Source: Macrostomum lignano
Lineage: Eukaryota
Length of the DNA stretch: 64,000 bases
Direction of reading: 5' to 3'
Assembly: GCA_002269645.1 (NCBI GenBank)
Contig: NIVC01001703.1
Coordinates: forward strand, 1-64,000
Part shown: positions 50,301-62,300 of the stretch, in pieces
Numbering within the stretch: the first letter of the stretch is position 1
Layout: the number at the start of each line of letters is the position of its first letter
Program-made: the position numbers and the translations under genes
Notes under the pieces: model-generated
Told to the model about the DNA's origin: nothing
Seen by the model: the letters and a program-made list of their open reading frames with translations, nothing else
The model's database searches: none

Positions 50301-53300
50301 AATACCGTCTCTTATCCCATTCTTTCCCATCTCTCATTCTTTTCTACCCCATCTCTCATCCTTTTCTACCCCATCTCTCATCCTTTTTTACCCCATCTCT
50401 CATCCTATTCTACCCCATCTCTCATCCTATTCTACCCCATCTCTCATCCTATTCTACCCCATCTCTCATCCCATCTATCCCATCTCTCATCCTATTTTAC
50501 CCCATCTCTCATCCTATTCTATCCCATCTCTCATCTTATTCTATCCCATCTCTCATCCTATTCTATCCCATCTCTCATCCCATTCTACCCCATCTCTCAT
50601 CCCATTCTACCCCATCTCTCATCCCATTCTATCCCATCTCTCATCCCATTCTATCCCATCTCTCATCCCATTCTATCCCATCCCTCATCCCATTCTATCC
50701 CATCTCTCATCCTATTCTATTCCATCTCTCATCCCATTCTACCTCATCTCTCATCTCACTTTACCTCATCTATCATCCTCCCCATCCTGTCTCTGTTTCC
50801 TTCCTTATCTGCGTTTAAGCTGTCCTATTTCTACTTAAAGTAGTCAAATGCGGCTTATGTAGATGAACGGTAAACTGCCTTTCTTAGAAACACTTGAAAA
50901 CTTACGTCTAAGAAACGTGTCTGTAAGTAGTATCTATGGCTCCTTTTGCACATGTTTGTTAGGAAATTGAAGCTACTTTCTGCTTCTACCGAACCCCGCA
51001 GGTGTGCGTTCAAATCGCCTCAAAGTATCACGAGCAGCTCGGAGCGGCCGCCCTTATTGAAATATTCGAACAGTTTAAAAGCTACGAAGGCCTGTTCTAC
51101 TTCTTAGGCAGCATTGTGAACTTCAGCCAGGACCCGGAGGTGCACTTCAAGTACATCCAGGCCGCCTGCAAGACCTCCCAGTTCAAGGAGGTGGAGCGCA
51201 TCGTTCGCGAGTCCAGCGTCTACGAGGCCGAGCGGGTGAAGAACTTCCTGAAGGAGGCCAAGCTGACCGACCAGCTGCCGCTCATCATCGTGTGCGACCG
51301 GTTCGACTTTGTGCACGACCTGGTGCTCTACCTGTACCGCAACAGTCTGCAAAAGTACATTGAGATCTACGTGCAGAAGGTGCGCTTAAAGACTTTTTCA
51401 GTTTAAGGCAGCGGGCAGTATGCACCTTTAAGCGACATTGTCACACAGCCAGAGAGAGGCACACACAGGCACACACTCACACAGGAGTGTACAGCGGCCC
51501 TAACTTTATTTATCGTTTGGCATGTACACTTCACTGTGCCTTGGGGGTTGACTCTCAAGGGCGTTAATTAGCACGAGCAGAGCCAAGCCGAGATTCTATT
51601 TTAGCCGTAAAAATAATGTGACTGCACTTTAAATCGAGCCTGGGCCGCTGGCACATCAGAGCGCTGCGCTGGCGTACTAAGATACCCCCCCCCAAATTGA
51701 GACTTATGGGTGAGATTCTGAGGATATGGATTGAGACTTCTGGGTGAGATTCTGAGGATATGGATTGAGACTTCTGGGTGAGATTTTGAGGATATGGATT
51801 GAGACTTTTGGGTGAGATTTTGAGGATATGGATTGAGACTTCTGGGTGAGATTCTGAGGATATGGATTGAGACTTCTGGGTGAGATTCTGAGGATATATG
51901 GATTGAGACTTCTGGGTGAGATTCTGAGGATATGGATTGAGACTTCTGGGTGAGATTCTGAGGATATATGGATTGAGACTTCTGGGTGAGATTCTGAGGA
52001 TATGGATTGAGACTTCTGGGTGAGATTCTGAGGATATGGATTGAGACTTCTGGGTGAGATTCTGAGGATATGGATTGAGACTTCTGGGTGAGATTCTGAG
52101 GATATGGATTGAGACTTCTGGGTGAGATTCTGAGGATATGGATTGAGACTTCTGGGTGAGATTCTGAGGATATGGATTGAGACTTCTGGGTGAGATTCTG
52201 AGGATATGGATTGAGACTTCTGGGTGAGATTTTGAGGATATGGATTGAGACTTCTGGGTGAGATTCTGAGGATATGGATTGAGACTTCTGGGTGAGATTC
52301 TGAGGATATGGATTGAGACTTCTGGGTGAGATTCTGAGGATATGGATTGAGGCTTCTGGGTGAGATTTTGAGGATATGGATTGAGACTTCTGGGTGAGAT
52401 TCTGAGGATATGGATTGAGACTTCTGGGTGAGATTTTGAGGATATGGATTGAGACTTCTGGGTGAGATTCTGAGGATATGGATTGAGACTTCTGGATGAG
52501 ATTCTGAGGATATGGATTGAGACTTCTGGGTGAGATTCTGAGGATATGGATTGAGACTTCTGGGTGAGATTTTGAGGATATGGATTGAGACTTCTGGGTG
52601 AGATTCTGAGGATATGGATTGAGACTTCTGGGTGGGATTTTGAGGATATGGATTGAGACTTCTGGGTGAGATTCTGAGGATATGGATTGAGACTTCTGGG
52701 TGAGATTCTGAGGATATGGATTGAGACTTCTGGGTGAGATTTTGAGGATATGGATTGAGACTTCTGGGTGAGATTCTGAGGATATGGATTGAGACTTCTG
52801 GGTGAGATTCTGAGGATATGGATTGAGACTTCTGGGTGAGATTCTGAGGATATGGATTGAGACTTCTGGGTGAGATTTTGAGGATATGGATTGAGACTTC
52901 TGGGTGAGATTTTGAGGATATGCATTGAGACTTCTGGGTGAGATTCTGAGGATATGGATTGAGACTTCTGGGTGAGATTCTGAGGATATGGATTGAGACT
53001 TCTGGGTGAGATTCTGAGGATATGGATTGAGACTTCTGGGTGAGATTCTGAGGATATATGGATTGAGACTTCTGGGTGAGATTCTGAGGATATGGATTGA
53101 GACTTCTGGGTGAGATTCTGAGGATATATGGATTGAGACTTCTGGGTGAGATTCTGAGGATATGGATTGAGACTTCTGGGTGAGATTCTGAGGATATGGA
53201 TTGAGACTTCTGGGTGAGATTTTGAGGATATGGATTGAGACTTCTGGGTGAGATTCTGAGGATATGGATTGAGACTTCTGGGTGAGATTCTGAGGATATG

Positions 53301-56300
53301 GATTGAGACTTCTGGGTGAGATTCTGAGGATATGGATTGAGACTTCTGGGTGAGATTCTGAGGATATGGATTGAGACTTCTGGGTGAGATTCTGAGGATA
53401 TATGGATTGAGACTTCTGGGTGAGATTCTGAGGATATGGATTGAGACTTCTGGGTGAGATTCTGAGGATATATGGATTGAGACTTCTGGGTGAGATTCTG
53501 AGGATATGGATTGAGACTTCTGGGTGAGATTTTGAGGATATGGATTGAGACTTCTGGGTGAGATTCTGAGGATATGGATTGAGACTTCTGGGTGGGATTT
53601 TGAGGATATGGATTGAGACTTCTGGGTGAGATTCTGAGGATATGGATTGAGACTTCTGGGTGAGATTCTGAGGATATGGATTGAGACTTCTGGGTGAGAT
53701 TTTGAGGATATGGATTGAGACTTCTGGGTGAGATTCTGAGGATATATGGATTGAGACTTCTGGGTGAGATTCTGAGGATATGGATTGAGACTTCTGGGTG
53801 AGATTTTGAGGATATGGATTGAGACTTCTGGGTGAGATTCTGAGGATATGGATTGAGACTTCTGGGTGAGATTCTGAGGATATGGATTGAGACTTCTGGG
53901 TGAGATTTTGAGGATATGGATTGAGACTTCTGGGTGAGATTTGGAGGATATATGGATTGAGACTTCTGGGTGAGATTCTGAGGATATGGATTGAGACTTC
54001 TGGGTGAGATTTCGAGGATATATGGATTGAGACTTCTGGGTGAGATTCTGAGGATATGGATTGAGACTTCTGGGTGAGATTCTGAGGATATGGATTGAGA
54101 CTTCTGGGTGAGATTCTGAGGATATGGATTGAGACTTCTGGGTGAGATTTTGAGGATATGGATTGAGACTTCTGGGTGAGATTTTGAGGATATGCATTGA
54201 GACTTCTGGGTGAGATTCTGAGGATATGGATTGAGACTTCTGGGTGAGATTCTGAGGATATGGATTGAGACTTCTGGGTGAGATTCTGAGGATATGGATT
54301 GAGACTTCTGGGTGAGATTCTGAGGATATATGGATTGAGACTTCTGGGTGAGATTCTGAGGATATGGATTGAGACTTCTGGGTGAGATTCTGAGGATATA
54401 TGGATTGAGACTTCTGGGTGAGATTCTGAGGATATGGATTGAGACTTCTGGGTGAGATTCTGAGGATATGGATTGAGACTTCTGGGTGAGATTTTGAGGA
54501 TATGGATTGAGACTTCTGGGTGAGATTCTGAGGATATGGATTGAGACTTCTGGGTGAGATTCTGAGGATATGGATTGAGACTTCTGGGTGAGATTCTGAG
54601 GATATGGATTGAGACTTCTGGGTGAGATTCTGAGGATATATGGATTGAGACTTCTGGGTGAGATTCTGAGGATATGGATTGAGACTTCTGGGTGAGATTC
54701 TGAGGATATATGGATTGAGACTTCTGGGTGAGATTCTGAGGATATGGATTGAGACTTCTGGGTGAGATTCTGAGGATATGGATTGAGACTTCTGGGTGAG
54801 ATTCTGAGGATATGGATTGAGACTTCTGGGTGGGATTTTGAGGATATGGATTGAGACTTCTGGGTGAGATTTTGAGGATATGGATTGAGACTTCTGGGTG
54901 AGATTTTGAGGATATGGATTGAGACTTCTGGGTGAGATTCTGAGGATATATGGATTGAGACTTCTGGGTGAGATTCTGAGGATATGGATTGAGACTTCTG
55001 GGTGAGATTTTGAGGATATGGATTGAGACTTCTGGGTGAGATTCTGAGGATATGGATTGAGACTTCTGGGTGAGATTTTGAGGATATGGATTGAGACTTC
55101 TGGGTGAGATTTTGAGGATATGGATTGAGACTTCTGGGTGAGATTTGAGGATATATGGATTGAGACTTCTGGGTGAGATTCTGAGGATATGGATTGAGAC
55201 TTCTGGGTGAGATTTCGAGGATATATGGATTGAGACTTCTGGGTGAGATTCTGAGGATATGGATTGAGACTTCTGGGTGAGATTCTGAGGATATGGATTG
55301 AGACTTCTGGGTGAGATTCTGAGGATATGGATTGAGACTTCTGGGTGAGATTCTGAGGATATGGATTGAGACTTCTGGGTGAGATTCTGAGGATATGGAT
55401 TGAGACTTCTGGGTGAGATTCTGAGGATATGGATTGAGACTTCTGGGTGAGATTCTGAGGATATGGATTGAGACTTCTGGGTGAGATTTTGAGGATATGG
55501 ATTGAGACTTCTGGGTGAGATTCTGAGGATATGGATTGAGACTTCTGGGTGAGATTCTGAGGATATGGATTGAGACTTCTGGGTGAGATTCTGAGGATAT
55601 GGATTGAGACTTCTGGGTGAGATTTTGAGGATATGGATTGAGACTTCTGGGTGAGATTCTGAGGATATGGATTGAGACTTCTGGGTGAGATTTTGAGGAT
55701 ATGGATTGAGACTTCTGGGTGAGATTCTGAGGATATGGATTGAGACTTCTGGATGAGATTCTGAGGATATGGATTGAGACTTCTGGGTGAGATTCTGAGG
55801 ATATGGATTGAGACTTCTGGGTGAGATTCTGAGGATATGGATTGAGACTTCTGGGTGAGATTCTGAGGATATGGATTGAGACTTCTGGGTGGATTTTGAG
55901 GATATGGATTGAGACTTCTGGGTGAGATTCTGAGGATATGGATTGAGACTTCTGGGTGAGATTCTGAGGATATGGATTGAGACTTCTGGGTGAGATTTTG
56001 AGGATATGGATTGAGACTTCTGGGTGAGATTCTGAGGATATGGATTGAGACTTCTGGGTGAGATTCTGAGGATATGGATTGAGACTTCTGGGTGAGATTC
56101 TGAGGATATGGATTGAGACTTCTGGGTGAGATTTTGAGGATATGGATTGAGACTTCTGGGTGAGATTTTGAGGATATGCATTGAGACTTCTGGGTGAGAT
56201 TCTGAGGATATGGATTGAGACTTCTGGGTGAGATTCTGAGGATATGGATTGAGACTTCTGGGTGAGATTCTGAGGATATGGATTGAGACTTCTGGGTGGG

Positions 56301-59300
56301 ATTTTGAGGATATGGATTGAGACTTCTGGGTGAGATTTTGAGGATATGGATTGAGACTTCTGGGTGAGATTTTGAGGATATGGATTGAGACTTCTGGGTG
56401 AGATGTGAGGATATGGATTGAAACTTCTGGGTGAGATTTTGAGGATATGGATTGAGACTTCTGGGTGAGATTCTGAGGATATGGATTGAGACTTCTGGGT
56501 GAGATTTTCAGGATATGGATTGAGACTTCTGGGTGAGATTTGAGGATATATGGATTGAGATTTCTGGATGAGATTCTGAGGATATATGGATTGAGACTTC
56601 TGGGTGAGATTCTGAGGATATGGATTGAGACTTCTGGGTGAGATTTTCAGGATATAGATAGAAAAGAGAAGCGAGCTGAGCAAAGACACAAATTTGAGCA
56701 GGCCGCATTGCTATTGTAAAGTTTCAAAGGATTGAGAGGACCGAGGACCGGGTAGAGAGGCTTCGCAGGCCGGTTTTTGCGGACCCCTGCTCTAAGGAGT
56801 GAAAAACTTCAAGCTTGCGTCACCAAATCTCTGCGCAAATCTTGCAGGTGAACCCTAGCCGTCTTCCAGTGGTTGTTGGCGGCCTATTGGACGTCGACTG
56901 CTCCGAAGACGTGATCAAGCAGCTCATCCAGGTGGTCCGTGGCCAGTTCTCAACTGACGAACTCGTTGCGGAAGTTGAGAAGCGGAACCGGCTCAAACTG
57001 CTGCTACCCTGGCTTGAGAATCGGGTGCACGAGGGCTCTGAGGAGCCGGCCACGCACAATGCCCTGGCCAAGATCTACATCGATGCTAATAACAACCCGG
57101 AGCGGTTCCTCAGGGAGAACCGGTTCTACGATTCCCGGGTGATCGGCAAGTACACGGAGAAGCGCGACCCTCACCTGTCCTGCCTTGCCTATGAGCGGGG
57201 CCAGTGCGACGAAGACCTCATCCGGGTGTGCAACGAGAACTCGCTGTTCAAGTCCGAGGCCAGGTACCTAGTTAAACGGAAGGACGAGACTCTGTGGGCT
57301 CAGGTGCTGCAGGAGGACAATCCTTACAGGCGACAGCTGATTGATCAGGTGAGCGGTTTCGAAATCACATTTTCAAGGATTTTGTAGATAATCTGTAATC
57401 CGTTGAGTGAGATTTTAAAGAGATTTGTAATCTGTGTGGGTGAGATTCTGAGATTTGTAACCTGTCTGGGTGAGATTTTGAAGAGATGTGTAATCTGTTA
57501 GGTGAGATTATCAAGAGATTTTTAATCTGTTGGTAAGATTTTAAAGAGATCTCTAATCTGTTTGAGACTGAAGAGATATGTAATCTGTTAGGTGAGATTT
57601 TGAAGAGATATGTAATCAATTAGATGAGATTTTGAAGAGATGTGTAATCAGCTGGGTGAGATTTTGAAGAGATGTGTAATCAGTTGGATGAGATTTTGAA
57701 GAGATATGTAATCTGTTAGGTGAGATTTTGAAGAGATGTGTAATCAGTTCGGTGAGATTTTGAAGAGACTTCTAATCTGTTTGAGATTGTAAAGATATCT
57801 GTAATCTGTCTGAAATTTTGAAGAAATCTAGAAGGTGAGGTTAACCATGCTGCTCAAATCCCAATCATTGCTCACAACCCGCAGGTGGTGCAGACCGCCC
57901 TGTCGGAGACCAACGACCCCGAGGAGATTTCCGTCGCCGTCAAATCCTTCATGGCCGCGGACCTTCCCAACGAGCTCATTGAACTGCTGGAGAAGATCGT
58001 GCTGGACAACACCGTGTTCTCGGACCATCGCAATCTGCAGAATCTGCTCATACTCACCGCCATCAAGGCCGACACGACCCGGGTCATGGAGTACATCACC
58101 AAGCTGGAGAATTTTGACGCTCCAGAGATTGCTCAGATTGCCATCAGCAACCAGCTGTTCGAGGAGGCGTTCGCCGTGTTTAAGAAGTTCAGCGTCAACG
58201 AGAGCGCCATTAAGGTGAGCGCTACGGATATGAGACTTTAATCCCTGGATTGGGTTCTTAAATCTCCCAAATCCCTGGACTGGGATCTTAAATCTCCCAA
58301 ATCTCTAGATTGGAATTTTAATCTATCAAATCCCTAGATTGGGATCTAAAGCCTCCCAAATCCCTAGATTGGGGTCTTGAATCTCCCAAATCCCTAGATT
58401 AGGATCTTGAATCTCCTAAATCCCTAGATTGGGATCTTAAATCTCCCAAATCCCAAGATTAGAATCTTAAAAATCTCCCAAATCCCTAGATTGGAATCTT
58501 AAATCTCTCAAATCCCAAGATTAGAATATTGAATCTCCCAAATCTCTAGATTGGAAACTTAAATCTCCCAAATCCCTAGAATGGAATCTTAAGTCTCCCA
58601 AATCCCTAGATTGGAATCTTAAATCTCTCAAATCCCAAGATTAGAATATTGAATCTCCCAAATCTCTAGATTGGAAACTTAAATCTCCCAAATCCCTAGA
58701 ATGGAATCTTAAGTCTCCCAAATCCCTAGGATGGAATCCTAAATCTCCGAAATCCCTAGAATGGAATCCTAAATCTCCCAAATCTCTTGATTGGAATCTT
58801 AAATCTCCCAAATCCCTAGATCGGGATCTAAAGTCTCCCAAATCCTTAGATCAGGATCTTGAATCTCCTAAATCCCTAGATTGGGATCTTAAATCTCCCA
58901 AATCCCAAGATTAGAATCTTAAATCCCCCAAATCTCTAGATTGGAATCTTAAATCTTCCAAATCCCTAGATCGGGATCTAAAGTCTCCCAAATCCCTAGA
59001 TCAGGATCTAAAGTCTCCCAAATCCCTAGATCGGGATCTTAAATCTCCCAAATCCCTAGAATGGAATCTAAAATCTCCGAAATCCCTAGAATGGAATCTT
59101 AAATCTCCCAAATCTCTAGATTTGAATCTTAAATCTCCCAAATCCCTAGATCGGGATCTTAAATCTCCCAAATCCCTAGAATGGAATCTTAAATCTCCCA
59201 AATCTCTAGATTGGAATCTTAAATCTCCCAAATCCCTAGATCGGGATCTTAAATCTCCCAAATCTCTAGATTGGAATCTTAAATCTCCCAAATCCCTAGA

Positions 59301-62300
59301 TCGGGATCTTAAATCTCCCAAATCTCTAGATTGGAATCCTAAATTTCCCAAATCCCTAGAATGGAATCTTAAATCTCTCAAATCCCTAGATATTAATCCT
59401 TAATCTTCTTTAAATCCTTATTGAAGGCTTACTCTCAAATCCTTTCATATGGATTCTAAATCTCTCGGCAGCCTCCATTGAGATGAATATTCCAATGCGT
59501 TCCGTCACTAATCCCTAATTATCCCCAACCCCAGGTGCTCATCGAAAACATCCGCAATCTTGATCGCGCCTACGAATTTGCCGAGAAGTGCAACGAGCCG
59601 GCAGTCTGGTCCCAGCTGGCCAGCGCCCAGCTTGAAGAAGGCTTCGTCAAAGAAGCAATCGACAGCTTCATCAAGGCCAACGATCCCAGCTGCTACGTGG
59701 ATGTTGTTCGGGTCGCTAGCGACTCGGGGCATTGGGAGGATTTGGTGAAATTCCTGCTCATGGCTAGGAAAAAAGCCAAGGAGTCCTTCATCGAGACCGA
59801 GCTGGTGTTCGCCTACGCCAAGACCGGCCGGCTCGCGGATATGGAGGAGTTCATCAACTCGCCCAATCACGCCAAAATTGCCGAAGTGGCCGACCGCTGC
59901 TTCGACCAGGAGATGTACGAGGCCGCCAAGATTCTGTATAGCAACGTGTCTAACTATGCCCGGCTGGCCATCACCCAGGTTAAACTGGGCGAGTTCCAGA
60001 ACGCTGTTGAGTCTGCTAGGAAGGCCAATTCTACTAAGACTTGGAAGGAGGTGAGTGTTCCGCCCCTTAGTAGCTGAGGATTCCGCCCCCTGAGCAGCTG
60101 AGTATTCCGCCCCTTAGTAGCTGAGTATTCCGCCCCTTAGTAGCTGAGTGTTCCGCCTCTTAGTAGCTGAGTAATCCGCCCCCTTAGTAGCTGAGTATTC
60201 CGCCCCCTAGTAGCTGAGTATTCCGCCCCCTTAGTAGCTGAGTATTCCGCCCCCTTAGTAGCTGAGTATTCCGCCCCTTAGCAGCTGAGTATTCCGCCCC
60301 TTAGTAGCTGAGTATTCCGCCCCCTTAGTAGCTGAGTGTTCCGCCCCCTTAGTAGCTGAGGATTCCGCCCCCTGAGCAGCTGAGTATTCCGCCCCTTAGT
60401 AGCTGAGTATTCCGCCCCTTAGTAGCTGAGTGTTCCGCCTCTTAGTAGCTGAGTAATCCGCCCCCTTAGTAGCTGAGTATTCCGCCCCCTAGTAGCTGAG
60501 TATTCCGCCCCTTAGCAGCTGAGTATTCCGCCCCTTAGTAGCTGAGTATTCCGCCCCCTTAGTAGCTGAGTGTTCCGCCCCCTTAGTAGCTGAGTATTCC
60601 GCCCCTTAGTAGCTGAGTATTCCGCCCCTTAGCAGCTGAGTATTCCGCCCCTTAGTAGCTGAGTATTCCGCCCCTTAGTAGCTGAGTATTCCGCCTCTTA
60701 GTTGCTGAGTAATCCGCCCCCTTAGTAGCTGAGTATTCCGCCCCCTTAGTAGCTTAGTATTCCGCCCCCTTAGTAGCTGAGTATTCCGCCCCTTAGTAGC
60801 TGAGTATTCCGCCCCCTTAGTAGCTGAGGATTCCGCCCCCTTAGTAGCTGAGTATTCCGCCCCTTAGTAGCTGAGTATTCCGCCCCCTTAGTAGCTGAGG
60901 ATTCCGCCCCCTTAGTAGCTGAGTATTCCGCCCCCTAGTTAGTTTCTAAGTATTCCGCCGGCATATTTGTTGAGTATTCCGTCCTGGCGACTGCATTTCC
61001 TATTAATTGATTTTCCGCCCCCTTATCCTCTGAGTATGAAGAATCTCATTGCAAAGAAACTGTCAACCAATGCCAACCCCTACACAGGTGTGCTTCTCCT
61101 GCCTGGAGAGCGAAGAGTACCGCCTGGCCCAGATCTGCGGCCTGAACATCATCATCCACGCGGATGAGCTGGAGGAGCTGATCAACTTCTACCAGACTCG
61201 GGGCCTGTTCAATGAGCTCATCTCACTGTTCGAGGCCGGGCTGGGGCTCGACCGCGCCCACATGGGACTGTTCACGGAGCTGGCCATTCTGTACAGCAAG
61301 TACCGCACAGCCAAGCTCAAGGAGCACCTGGAGCTGTTCTGGTCCCGCATCAATATTCCCAAGGTGCTGCGAGCGGCCGAGCAGGCCCACCTGTGGGCTG
61401 AACTGGTCTTTTTGTACGACAAATACGAGGAGTTCGACAATGCCATACTCACTATGATGAAGCACCCGACTGAGGCTTGGCGCGAGTCCTTCTTTAAAGA
61501 GATGATCTCCAAGTGCGCCAATATTGAGATCTATTATAAGGCTATTAAATTCTATTTGGATTTCAAGCCTCTGCTGCTCAATGATTTGCTGCAGGTGAGA
61601 TAATGCTTCATGTAGCCTTTTGTATCTGCTGTATGTTCATATTAGTCATGTATGTACACATTAGTCATGTATGTACACATTAGTCATGTATGTACACATT
61701 AGTAATTTATGTACACATTAGTCATGTATATACACATTGGTCATGTATGTACACATTGGTCATGTATGTACACATTAGTCATGTATGTACACATTAGTCA
61801 TGTATGTACACATTAGTAATGTCATGTACGTACACATTAGTCATGTATGTACACATTAGTCATATATGTACACATTAGTCATGTCATGTACGTATTAGTC
61901 ATATGTACACATTAGTCATGTATGTACACATTAGTCATGTCATGTACGTATTAGTCATATGTACACATTAGTCATGTATGTACACATTATTCATGTCATG
62001 TATGTACACATTAGTCATGTCATGTACGTATTAATCATATGTACACATTAGTCATGTATGTACACACTAGTCATGTCATGTATGTACACATTAGTCATGT
62101 CATGTATGTACACATTAGTCATGTATGTACACATTAGTCATGTCATGTATGTACAAATTAGTAATGTATGTACACATTAGTCATGTATGTACACATTAGT
62201 CATGTATGTACACATTAGTCATGTACGTACACATTAGTCATGTCATGTATGTACACATTAGTCATGTCATGTATGTACACATTAGTCATGTATGTACACA

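Noticed and set aside
51630-51670. Hammerhead ribozyme or C/D snoRNA in the family-2 repeat (ctgatgt)
   Set aside because: The core reads CTGATGT rather than CTGANGA/TGATGA, no GAAA or stems were found, and the third copy has lost the motif.
51564-56689. ORFs of 877, 1526 and 1661 aa on the minus strand
   Set aside because: They are translations of a stop-free 34-bp satellite in all three frames, antisense within a clathrin intron, with no unique coding sequence.
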